48,269 nucleotides of DNA from Candidatus Altimarinota bacterium (GTDB taxonomy: Bacteria; Patescibacteriota; Gracilibacteria; Absconditabacterales; Absconditicoccaceae): assembly GCA_027013285.1 (NCBI GenBank), contig JALUXR010000055.1:1-48269 (forward strand). Direction: 5' to 3'. Every line of letters starts with the position of its first letter. Position 1 is the stretch's first letter. The position numbers and the translations under genes were made by a program. The notes beneath the pieces were generated by a model. That model made no database searches and had not been told where the DNA came from. It was given only the letters and a program-made list of their open reading frames with translations. Positions 33,436 to 44,132 of this stretch are shown here, one piece after another.

Positions 33436-33539
33436 GAAATAAAAATCCTTTATAATGGATAACTATAACTTTTATAGTTCCGATGGATTATTTTCATTTT
33501 TCTTAAATTAAATTTACTTAAATAAATCTTCTATAATAA

Positions 33540-33851
33540 ATGAGAAAGTTAAAAAAATGAGATTCTATTATAGTTATAGCTGGAGCTCATAAGTGAGTAA
33601 AATCTACTATTGTGAAAATAGAAAATGATAAGGTTTTCTTACATAATGTTAATAAAATTAAGAAAGCTGTAAAAGGTCAATGATTTGTAGAAAAGGAAGC
33701 TTCTATTCATCTTAGTAATATTTCTTATTATGATGAAAAAGCTAAGGCTCCTACAAAAGTTGCTATAAAAATAGATGATAAGACTGGTAAGAAAGTAAGA
33801 TATTCTAAAAAGTCTGATAGTGTTATTTCTGAAAACTCAAGAAAAGCTTAA
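33540..33851 (+). CDS. rplX: 50S ribosomal protein L24
   Basis: MRKLKKGDSIIVIAGAHKGVKSTIVKI...EASIHLSNISYYD. Confidence 0.92.
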
Positions 33852-33895
33852 TAACTTATTTGAGTATGAAATTTTAAAACTTTAAGTTATGTATA

Positions 33896-34444
33896 ATGAC
33901 AAGTTTGTATAATGTTTTTAAAGAAAAAGTTAGGTACGAATTAAAAGAGAAACTTAATAAACAAAATATTCATGAAGTACCTAAAGTAGAAAAAGTTATA
34001 GTTGCAATGTGAATTGGTAACTTATCTACAAAAAAGTGAATGAAAGATTTCTCTGAATTAGAATGAAATCTTGCAAAATTTACTGGTCAAAAACCAATAA
34101 TAATTAAGGCTAGGAAAGCTGTATCTAACTTTAAATTAAGGGAATGAATGCCAGTTATGTTAAAGGTAACATTAAGAAGAGAAAAAGCTTATGATTTCTT
34201 AGAAAGATTGAATATGTATGCTTTTGAAAGAGTTAGAGATTTTAAATGATTATCAGATAAAAAGATAGATAGTCAAGCAAATATGAGTTTTTGATTTAAG
34301 GATCAAACAGTTTTTGCAGAATTAACACCAGATGAAATAACTGTTCCTTATGGTGTGCAAATAACTATTGCTACAAATTCTGATTCAAGAGAAGATACTA
34401 AAGCTTTGTTAGAATCATTATGATTTTTATTTACTAATAGTTAG
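33896..34444 (+). CDS. rplE: 50S ribosomal protein L5
   Basis: [58 protein letters not shown]. Confidence 0.95.
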
Positions 34445-34446
34445 AT

Positions 34447-34716
34447 ATGGCTAGAAAATCATTAGTTATTAAACAAGAAAGATTAGATATTATAAGACAA
34501 AAATATGATGAAATCTTAAAAGATAAAAAAAATCTTACTTGGGAAGAAAAATATAAACTTTATAGAAAGTTTAAAGGTAAAACTAGATACTACAATAGAT
34601 GTAAAGTTTGTGGTAGAGTACATTCTTATAATAGAGAATTAGGTATATGTAGAGTTTGCCTTAGAATGTATTGAAGAGAAGGAAAATTAATGTGAATTAA
34701 AAAGGCTTCTTGGTAA
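34447..34716 (+). CDS. rpsN: 30S ribosomal protein S14 (zinc-ribbon CxxC..CxxC form, 89 aa)
   Basis: MARKSLVIKQ...RCKVCGRVHSYNRELGICRVCLRMYGREGKLMGIKKASW. Confidence 0.92.
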
Positions 34717-34742
34717 ATTTTATACTTTTAAAGTAATTATTC

Positions 34743-35150
34743 ATGAGTACTTTTGTAAATGCTCCATTGCATGATATGTTAATAAGAATTAAAAATGCAT
34801 ATATGGGTAGAAAGACAAATATAGATAATGTTCAATATTCTTCATTGAAAGAAAATGTTCTAAAATTATTAAAAGAACATGGGTTCATATTAGATTATTC
34901 TATAATAGAAGATGGGAAAAAGAAATTTATTTCTATCACTGTTAAAGAAGTTACTAATTCTATACAGGATGTTCCTGTAATTAAGTTTCATTCTAAGCCA
35001 TCAAGAAGATTATATGTTTCTTATAAAGAGTTACATAAAGTGGCTTGAGGTTTATGAATAGGTGTTATATCAACAAATAAAGGAGTTATAACAACAAAAG
35101 AAGCAAAAATAAATAAAGTAGGTTGAGAATATATCTTTGATATTTATTAA
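34743..35150 (+). CDS. rpsH: 30S ribosomal protein S8
   Basis: PLHDMLIRIKNAYMGRK...GGLGIGVISTNKGVITTKEAKINKVGGEYIFDIY. Confidence 0.95.
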
Positions 35151-35271
35151 AAATGTTTCTTATAGGTAAGAGTAATATTGCTAACTGCCTATTAAGATGA
35201 TAAGCCGATAATGTAGTTTTATCTGTTTAAGGTTTTAATGAAAACGGTTTTATAATAATAAAAAAATATTA

Positions 35272-35817
35272 ATGTCTAGAATTTGAAAGAATCCTATTAC
35301 TATACCAACAGGTGTAGATGTAAAACAAGATTGAAATAAGATTACAGTAAAATGAAAATTAGGTCAATTAGAATATACACACCCAAATTGAGTTAATGTT
35401 GTTATAGAAGAAAATATTATAACAGTATCTGTAGATTGAAAAGAATACAGAAATTATTGGGGGTTAGTAAGAACTCTTATATCAAATATGATAGAATGAG
35501 TTGCTAATTGATATAAAAAAGAATTATTAGTACTTTGAGTTTGATATAATGCTAAAATGCAAGGTAAAGATTTAGTTTTATCTTTATGATTATCTCATCC
35601 AGTTATTTATAAGGCTCCAGATGAAATAACTGTGTCTATAGATAAATGACCTAAGTGAGCTGTTTTAGTAAGAGTAGAAGGTATAGACAAACAAAAAGTT
35701 TGAGAAGTAACTGCTAAAATAAGAGCATTTAGGAAACCAGAACCATATAAAGGTAAAGGTATCAGATATATTGATGAAGTTATTAAATTGAAACAAGGTA
35801 AGACAGCTGGTAAATAA
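35272..35817 (+). CDS. rplF: 50S ribosomal protein L6
   Basis: [17 protein letters not shown]...[25 protein letters not shown]. Confidence 0.95.
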
Positions 35818-35846
35818 TAATTATATTTAATTCATATTTAAATAGA

Positions 35847-36209
35847 ATGAAAAAATTAACTAATGCTATTAAAGCTAAAAGATCTAATCAAATCAAAAGA
35901 TCTAATAGAGTTAGAGCAAAATTAGTAGCCAATACAGATAAAAATAGAATGGCTATATATAGAAGTAATACTTATATTTATGTTCAAATTATTGATGATA
36001 AAAAATGAGTAACATTGGCTTCTGCTTCAGATTTGAAAATAACTGAAGGAACAAAAACTGAAAGAGCTAAAAAAGTTTGAGCAATGATAGCTGAAGCTGC
36101 AAAAAAAGCTGGTATTGAAGAAATTTCTTTTGATAGAAATGGTTATAAATATACAGGTAGAATTCAAGCATTGGCAGATGCTGCTAGAGAAAATGGTCTT
36201 AAATTTTAA
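35847..36209 (+). CDS. rplR: 50S ribosomal protein L18
   Basis: [18 protein letters not shown]...[28 protein letters not shown]. Confidence 0.95.
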
Positions 36210-36227
36210 TTAATAATCGTTTTGATT

Positions 36228-36674
36228 ATGGCAAAAAAAGTAGAAAAACAATTTGAAGAAGTATTGCTTGAAGTTAGAAAAGTAACTAGAGTAACTACTT
36301 GATGAAGACAAATGGCTTTTAGAGCTACAATGTTAGTTTGAAATTGAAAATGAAAAATTGGTATTGGTAGTGCAAAATGATGAGATGTATTATCTGCTAT
36401 TAAAAAAGCTACACATGAGGCTTATAAAAAAGTAGCTGATGTTACAATTACTGAAAATGGTTCAGTTCCTTATGCTAGAGCTACAAAGTATAAATCAGCT
36501 TTGATTAAATTATTGCCTGCTTCTGCTGGTACATGATTGAAAGCTTGATCTTCTGTCAGAAGAGTTTTAGAATTAGCAGGATATACAAATATCTTATCTA
36601 AAATTGTAGGTACTAATAATAAACTAAATAATGCAAAAGCTGCTATCATAGCATTATCAACATTTAAAAAATAA
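36228..36674 (+). CDS. rpsE: 30S ribosomal protein S5
   Basis: VRKVTRVTTGGRQMAFRATMLVGNGKGKIGIGSAKG...PASAGTGLKAGSSVRRVLELAG. Confidence 0.95.
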
Positions 36675-36685
36675 TCAATTAAAAT

Positions 36686-37132
36686 ATGTTGTTACATGAA
36701 CTAAAAAGAAGTAAATGTTATAAAGATTCAAAAAAAAGATTAGGTAGATGAAATGCTTCTTGAAAATGAAATTATTCAACAAAAGGTCTTAAATGACAAA
36801 GAGCAAGAAGTGGTTGAGCTAAACCAATCTGGTTTGAATGAGGACAAACTCCTTTGACAATGAGAATTCCTAAATTAAAATGATTTAAAAGATACTATAA
36901 ATTAGTTACAAACTATGATGTAGTAAATGTTTGAGATTTGAATAGTTTTAGAGCTTGAACTACTGTTACAAAAGAAAAATTATTTGAATCAAATTTGATT
37001 TCTTCTAATACTGTTGCTGTTAAAATATTAGGTAATGGTAAATTAGAAAAAAAAATAAAATTTGAATGAATTGAAAAATTTTCTAAAACAGCTGAAGAAC
37101 AAATTAAAGCTCAAGAAGGAGAAATTGTATAA
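36686..37132 (+). CDS. rplO: 50S ribosomal protein L15
   Basis: RLGRGNASGKGNYSTKGLKGQRARSGG...GGQTPLTMRIPKLKGF. It follows rpsE directly, with no rpmD in between. Confidence 0.95.
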
Positions 37133-37188
37133 TCTTCTCTTTTTTTGTAGATTGAATTATCAATCTTTTATAATTTTATATTATTTTG

Positions 37189-38511
37189 ATGTTAAATACA
37201 GTAAAACATATACTGACTTCTAAGAGTATTAGAAATAAAATATTGTTTACTATAGGTATATTAGTTATTTATAGATTCTTTGTTTTTACTCCTGTTCCAT
37301 TTGTAGATATAGCAACATTGAAAGATGCAGTTAATCAAACAACTGGTGGTATGCAATTCTTTGCAATGCTTATGGGTTGATCTTTAAAGAAGTTTTCTAT
37401 TATTGCTCTTGGACTTATTCCTTTTATTAATGCTTCTATTATATTACAATTGTTAACAGTTGTAATACCTCATTTAGAAGATTTGAAAGAAGAATGAGAA
37501 ACTGGTAATATGAAGATACAACAATATACTAGACGGTTAACTTTTCCGTTAGCATTTTTACAAGCTATATGAATGGTTTATTTGATTAGTACTTATATTC
37601 CATGAGTTATAAATACACATAGTTTTGCTATTGTATTATCAGCTGCATTTGCTTTAACTGTATGAACTGTTTTGCTTATATGGTTAGGTGAGATGATTAC
37701 AGAAAAATGAGTTTCTAATGGTATATCATTATTAATTTTTGCAAGTATAGTTTCTGGTATGACAAGTTCATTTATGAATTTTATGAATCCACATTCATGA
37801 GGTAGTCTTTTGTCTATATTTATATTTATTATAGTTATAGTGTTAGTTCTTATAATATTATCAATATTGCTAATTAGAACTATAAAAGAGATACCTATTA
37901 CTTATTCAAGAGCTGGTAAAATACAAGAAACAGCTACTTTGCCAATTCCTTTGAATCCAGTATGAATGATTCCAATTATCTTTGCAATTGCATTTGTTTC
38001 ATTTCCATATTTGTTATGAAATATATTGTATAAATTTAATCCTGCATCTCCTGCAGCAACTTGGTTAAAAGATTTTACAAGTACATACTTTAATATTTAT
38101 ACTCAAAATCCTTATTGGACAGTAGTAGTATTATATTTTATACTTATAGTATTGTTTACATTCTTTTATAGTTGGGTAACATTCAAACCAGAAAAGATGG
38201 CTGAACAAATTCAAAAAAGAGGTGGATATATTGCTTGAATTAGACCTGGTGAAGATACTGCTAATTATATAAATAGTTTATTAAACCATTTATGTTTTTG
38301 GTGAGGTATTTGATTATGAGTTATAGGTATTTATACTTATGTAATTAATTGGATTCCATTTATTCAAGATACTATAAGAAGTGGTTGATTAAGTTGAGTT
38401 CCAGTTATAGTTTCTGGTGCTTGAGTAATTATTATTGTTTGAGTAGTTCAAGAAATTATAAATAAATTAAATGCTGATTTACTTATGGAGAAATATAGTA
38501 AGATAGTATAA
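37189..38511 (+). CDS. secY: preprotein translocase subunit SecY
   Basis: 440 aa. Track ORFs 37186-37380 and 38026-38238 are in frame. [38 protein letters not shown]-like [24 protein letters not shown]. Confidence 0.96.
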
Positions 38512-38518
38512 AACTAAA

Positions 38519-38543
38519 GGATGGAGCTTATCCGTCTTTTTTT
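38519..38543 (+). terminator. weak terminator after secY
   Basis: Short stem GGAT/ATCC with a 7-nt loop, followed by a T7 run. Confidence 0.35.
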
Positions 38544-38635
38544 ATAATAAAAAGAAATTATGTAAATAGTTATATTTTTCAAATTATTAGAAAATAGTAT
38601 TATAGTATTATAAATTTAATTATTAAATATATCTA

Positions 38636-39301
38636 ATGACAGTTCCTTTGATAGAAATAGAAAATTTAACTTGGTGATATGAGAAATCTTATCAATTTGT
38701 TTTTAATAAATTTTCTTTTAGACTTTATGATAAAGATTTTTTGATTTTGTTGTGAAAATCAGGTAGTTGAAAAACTAGTTTAGTTAAATTTTTGATAAGA
38801 CAACTTAAACCACCCAAAAAAACTATATTTTTTAAAAAAGAAGATATTGCAAGATTTTCTGATGCAGAAGTTCAAAGGTATAGAAGAGATATTTGAGTGA
38901 TATTTCAAGACTTTAAACTTATAGATTGGAAAACAGTTTATGAAAATATAGCTTATAATCTTGAAATGAGAGGAGAAAAAAAAGAAGTTATAGATAAAAA
39001 GGTGAATGAAGTTTTGTATAAAGTTTGATTATTTGATAAAAAAGATATAAAAATACCATACTTGAGTTGATGAGAAAAACAGAGGATAGCTATAGCAAGG
39101 GCATTGATTTCAAATCCTAAATTTATTATTGCTGATGAACCTACTTGAAATCTTGATCCTTATACAGCCAAGCAAATTGTAGACTTACTTATAGAATTAA
39201 ATAATCAATGAAATACAGTTTTGTTTATTTCTCATGATATGAATTTAGTTTCATACATAAAATCTAAGAAAAGATGAGTTAAAGAAGTAGACTTATGATA
39301 A
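38636..39301 (+). CDS. ftsE: cell-division ABC ATPase FtsE-like
   Basis: 221 aa. LLGKSGSGKTSL, IGVIFQDFKLI, LSGGEKQRIAIARALI, FIIADEPTGNLDP. No ftsX-like permease gene follows. Confidence 0.85.
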
Positions 39302-39315
39302 AGTATTAAATTTTA

Positions 39316-39343
39316 TTGACTTAACAATTTTCTATTGTATAAT
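39316..39343 (+). promoter_or_regulatory. strong sigma70-type promoter
   Basis: TTGACT (39316-39321) - 16 nt - TATAAT (39338-39343), 31 nt upstream of ATG 39375. Confidence 0.6.
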
Positions 39344-39371
39344 TAACATACTTTTAACAATTTAACAATTT
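39321..39371 (+). promoter_or_regulatory. three exact copies of TTAACAATTT (candidate operator set)
   Basis: Copies at 39321-39330 (starting at the last base of the -35 hexamer), 39354-39363 and 39362-39371 (tandem, overlapping, ending 3 nt before the ATG). Confidence 0.45.
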
Positions 39372-39374
39372 ATA

Positions 39375-39581
39375 ATGTCTGAAAAACAAAAATTAAAACA
39401 AAAAATCTTAAATAAATTGGAGAAAGAACAATTCTTAAATATAGTGTTGGAAGAGATTGCGGATTCATTAGATTATCTTAATAAATATAAATTACAAAAT
39501 ATATATGATAATATAGTTTATTTTATACATGATTTGAAAACTATAAATGTTAATTGTATAAATTGATTAAAAAATATTTAA
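39375..39581 (+). CDS. hypothetical 68-aa protein
   Basis: Track ORF 39375-39566 extends through one TGA to TAA 39579-39581. Confidence 0.6.
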
Positions 39582-39601
39582 GAAAATAAATAAAAATATA
39601 A

Positions 39602-40018
39602 ATGAAAATAAAAAATATAAATACCATAGAGTGATTTGAGAATAAAGAGGCATATATCCAATATTTACTAATGAATGATGATGTTTCTAAAATTCAAAAA
39701 GCATTAGATTCATTGGATAATCCTTTATCTGTAACAGAAGCATTGGAAACTGCAAATAGTTTAATTGAAGGTAATGATAAAATCTCTTCTATGTTGTTTA
39801 CTCTAGATAAAGAAGATAGAGATGTAATAGTCTTAAATATATTGTTGTCTTCTTTTATGAATAATAATGAGTTTTCTAAAGAATTAGAACTTTTTGTTAG
39901 AAAAAAATCACCAGTTATAGCTTGAGCAAAAGTAGAAACTGGTATGAGTATAGCTAAATTTGCAAATAAAGTTTATAGACCTGAAACTAAGGAAAATGAT
40001 GATTTATTAGTTGCTTAA
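39602..40018 (+). CDS. hypothetical 138-aa protein
   Basis: ATG 39602 is in frame with track ORF 39671-39925. Continues through TGA to TAA 40016-40018. Confidence 0.65.
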
Positions 40019-40446
40019 TTTTTCTTATAAATTTCAAAAAGTATTATCAAAAATCATATACTTACAAATACATCTGCCATATTGAAAATAGGAAATTGAT
40101 ATCAAAAGATAGGTGGTAAAGCAATAAAGTCTCTTACTCCGTGAAATATAATTCTATCTATAAAATTTCATATTCATCCAGAAATTATAAAGATAAAAGC
40201 TAATGTAGAAATCTGTTTTTTGTAAAATAAATAGCATATCAAAAATAGGATACTAGGTATTAAAAATATAAGAACATCAAAGTGAAAAAAACTAATTCAC
40301 CAACTTATTCATTTGTTTAATGTTAATATAAATAAATTGTTTAGATAATGTAGGTTATAAATATAATATTTTGTTATCTGATCAATAAAAATTAGTATTA
40401 ATATACTGATAAGCATAAATAAGTTTTTATGTTTGTAAAAAGACAT
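40015..40446 (-). CDS. lspA: lipoprotein signal peptidase (signal peptidase II)
   Basis: 143 aa; frame checked. GGIGNFIDRIIFHGVRDFIALP and PIFNMADVFVSIG are the LspA signatures. Its stop overlaps the convergent gene's stop. Confidence 0.88.
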
Positions 40447-40507
40447 TTTTTAATTAAATTAAGACTAAATTGAACTTAATTTTATGATTATATTAACTTA
40501 TTTCAAT

Positions 40508-40975
40508 ATGTTTTTGTGAGTAGATCCTTGAATTAGAAAATTATGATTTGCATTGATAGATAAAGATAAACAGATTTTTGAATTATGAGCTTTAATAAAT
40601 GAAATAGATGGTTGAAGAGAAGATAATGTAAGGAGAATGTCTGATATCTCTAATTTTTTTGATGAGATACTTGATAAATATAGTATAAAATCTGCTTGTA
40701 TAGAAAAGTTGTTTTTTACAGAATTTAATAAAGGTAATGCTGAGTTTGTGTATGGAATAAGATGATTACTTATGGTTAAATTTTATGAAAAAAATATAAA
40801 TATAATAGAACTTTCTCCAAAAGAGATAAAAAAGTATATTACCTGATCAGGAAATGCTACTAAGATAAATATGCAGAAGAAAACACAAAAATTATTTAAT
40901 TTATCGAAGATACCAGAACCTCATGATGCTGCGGATGCCTTGGGTATGGCTTACATAGCAAAGATACTTAGTTAA
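40508..40975 (+). CDS. ruvC: crossover junction endodeoxyribonuclease RuvC
   Basis: MFLGVDPGIRKLGFALID, CIEKLFF, EPHDAADALGMAY. An alternative upstream in-frame ATG is at 40484. Confidence 0.85.
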
Positions 40976-40983
40976 TTTATAAT

Positions 40984-41010
40984 AAAAAAACTAGATTTTT
41001 AGTCTAGCTT
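40984..41010. terminator. bidirectional hairpin between ruvC and the convergent gene
   Basis: A7 run, CTAGA-TTTTTAG-TCTAG, then a T-rich tail. Confidence 0.45.
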
Positions 41011-41015
41011 ATATT

Positions 41016-41570
41016 TTATAATTTAGCTTCTATAGCTGCAAAATCTCATTTGTTGTCTGAATTTATAATAATACTCATTTGATTTCAAACAGATAGTCAG
41101 AAATATGAAATAGCTGCAGGATTTAACTTATAAGTTTTTCAGTTGTCTCATATTGCTATGTATTCATTATTATTTTGAGATAGACTAGCTTTTATTGTAC
41201 TCCTTGGAGCTGGTTGTATAAGTTTATACATTAATCTACCATTTGGAAGTATTGTAAGTTTTAATATATCTTGAGTTAATAGTTTTGATTTACTAGAGTA
41301 GTTTAGAGGAACAGGATATTTTTTACCGTCTGAACCAACCATATAAAGTCCATCATATACTCATTCAACAACTTCTCATTGTTCTGGAACTGAATAATTT
41401 AATAATTTAGAAGATAAATCTTTAATCTCATTTTCATCTATTTCATTTTGATAAGATCCATCTTGTAATCTTTGTAGAAGTAATCTTACTCTTTTTGAAT
41501 CATTTTCAATATTTGTAAGTAATCATGATACTGCTGATATAATTTTGTTTATATTATCTTGTTCTGACAT
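41016..41570 (-). CDS. conserved hypothetical protein (184 aa)
   Basis: ATG 41570-41568 and TAA 41018-41016; frame checked. Includes track ORF 41148-41342. GVYDGLYMVGSDGKKYPVPLNYSSKSKLLTQDILKLTILPNGRLMYKLIQP. Confidence 0.75.
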
Positions 41571-41683
41571 AATTTTATTTTTATATTATTAAAATACTTT
41601 TTGTTGTATAATTACAAAATATTGTTAATATAATTATTATCTTAATAATTGCAAGAGTTGTTTAATTTGCTTAATTTTGTATT

Positions 41684-43084
41684 ATGTTTAAAAAAAGTAT
41701 AATTTATTTATTTTTGGTTTTATTTTCTTTTCCATTTTTGGGATTTGCTTGATATTGTGATTGAGATATTTCTTGAGCTGGAGAAAAACCTCCTATTTGT
41801 TATTCTTCTCCAGAAATTGTAGATAAGTATTTACAGGATATGGTTTATGTAATTTCTCTGGTAAGTAATGCTAAATCTAATAGTAGTGGGCTGTGAGCTT
41901 TATGAAAAAAGGTTTGAGATACGTGAATTTGATCTTTGGCTGTTGCGACTATGTTTGCTTCAAACTGATTATGAAATTTTTTCCAGAATTTTATTATTAT
42001 TTTTAAATGACCAGATATAGTTAGAGATCGGGTAAAAATAACAAATTTTCAACAATATATTACAAAAAATGCATTAGAATTATCTTCTAAATGAATACTA
42101 AATCAAAATATATCAAATCTAACTGCAATAAAAAATTATATAAAATTAAAAGATAGTTTTATAATTGAACCTGATTGAATTACTACCTATAAAGATTTAT
42201 TTAAATATTTATGGCAAAATCAAATTCTTTTTGAACAAATTTATTATGAAAAAGTTGTGTTAAAAGATAGTGTAAATGCTATAAATCACAATGTTATTTC
42301 TACACTTTTAAGTAATTGATATAAATTTCCTATAAATTCTAATGCTTTATTTTATGTAGGAAATAAATTTGATATTTATAATAAATATAATTGTAATACT
42401 TTTTTTGATGATTTTAAAAAAAATTTGAAACATATAATTTGCTCAGTTTGATGAAAAGAGCTTTCAAAAGCTAATGATAGATTTAAATGTAATTACAATA
42501 GATTATTATATGTTTTAGAATTGTGACCTAAACCTAAAAACCAATGTTGATCTGTAGCAATAGCAAAATGGATACCATTATCTAAAAGGGTAAAATCTAA
42601 AGTTTCTGTAGAATGAATTTGAACTTTATCTTATAATAATGAGTGAATCCAGAATTGATGGACTGAAGATACTCAAGCTTTAAATCAAATGTCAAAGGAC
42701 TTAAAAAAATATTCTTGATTGATAAACTGAATAAAAGAATTGTGATCTGAGTTAAATCCTTCTAATTGGAAAGCATATAAAACTTTTACATGAAATGTTT
42801 CACCAGCAGATTATGCAATAGCAAAGCAAACTGATTTTATAAATTATAACTTAAATGCTGTTATAAGTGATTATAATGAAGTAAAAAATATAACTAATTG
42901 ATTAGAACCTTGAAATGCTACACATTGAATTACTACATTATTTCCACAAATAAGCCAGCAAATAGATGAAATAAGACAAAAGATTTGAAAATCAGTAAGT
43001 GAGAAAGACACAATTTATAAAAATTTAGAAAAAACTTGTCAAAATCAATCTCCACAAAAATGAAATTGTTCTTATTCAAAATAA
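41684..43084 (+). CDS. secreted Cys- and Gly-rich hypothetical protein (466 aa)
   Basis: Signal peptide MFKKSIIYLFLVLFSFPFLGFA. The frame was checked line by line from ATG 41684 to TAA 43082-43084, with 31 in-frame TGA by my count. Completely absent from the ORF track. Confidence 0.8.
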
Positions 43085-43085
43085 T

Positions 43086-44018
43086 TTATTTTGCAAAATA
43101 GTAATTTTTTCCTAACTCTTCGTAAGTGCTGATCAGTCAGTCTTGTAGCATATTTTCTAAAAAATTGTTTTCATTGTTTTTTAATTTTACCAAATCTATA
43201 AGTTTTCAGTCTATAAATTTAGCATAAATCATAAAATATATGTTATTTTGTCCTTTTATTTTTACAAAATATCCTGTAATTTTCTCATCAAGTTCTATAG
43301 TTTGTTTCTCAGTTAATCTTTCCAATTTTAAATAAGTATTTTTCAAAATATTCGCATATTCAAAGTTTTGTTTTTCTATAGCTTGTTCTATTTTTTCTTT
43401 GATAAGTTTTTTAACCGGATTAGTTTTTCAGTTAAAAAAATCTATGATAATTTTTACTATTTTTTTATATTCTCATTTTCAATTATCAATTATCAATTTT
43501 CAATTATTTAAGCATCGTCCAGCACATAATCATAATGTAAAATCTGAACATAGTTGTCATTTGTTAAATTTGGTAGTTGAGCATGTTCTAAATTTAAGTA
43601 TTTGTCTTAAAATTTGTAAAATATTTTTTGTATCTTTTTTCCAAGGTTTAGGTCAGATGTAAGTTCAAGGTTTATCTTTGTATCTTGTAAATTCTATCTT
43701 TGGAAAGTCTTCTTGAGTAATTCTAATATAAGTATAGCTGTTGTCTCATTTTAGAAGGCAGTTGTAAGCAGGAGAGTATTTTTTGATTAAATTATTTTCT
43801 AGAATTAAAGCTTCTTCCTCCGTTCTTGTGAGTAAATATTCAATGTCTGTAGCTTTGCTTACCATATCTTCTTTCCATACTCAAATTCAAGTCCTAAAGT
43901 ATTGATGAATTCTTTTATTTAAGTCCTTAGCTTTTCCTACATACAAAACTTTGTTTCATTTTTTCCATAAATAAATTCAAGGTTTATGAGGAAACTTAGC
44001 TATTTTTTCTTTTATCAT
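43086..44018 (-). CDS. UvrC N-terminal-half homologue (GIY-YIG nuclease plus Cys cluster plus UVR domain; Cho-like, 310 aa)
   Basis: [104 protein letters not shown]. Ends about 80 aa after the UVR motif, with no RNase H-like/HhH half. Confidence 0.8.
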
Positions 44019-44132
44019 ATATTTTTTGTATATTTTGTAAATTTGTTTATATTGTTAAATATTTATTATAGAAAAGCTAGTTTAAATTTAAAAAATAATT
44101 ATAAAAAGCTAGTTTATAAATTAAATATAAAA

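Noticed and set aside
43460-43510. Tandem CAATTAT/CAATTTT units that superficially resemble a short repeat array
   Set aside because: There are only four degenerate 7-nt units with no spacers. They lie inside an intact coding frame (LNNGKLIIDNGKGEYKK), so this is not a CRISPR or a regulatory array.
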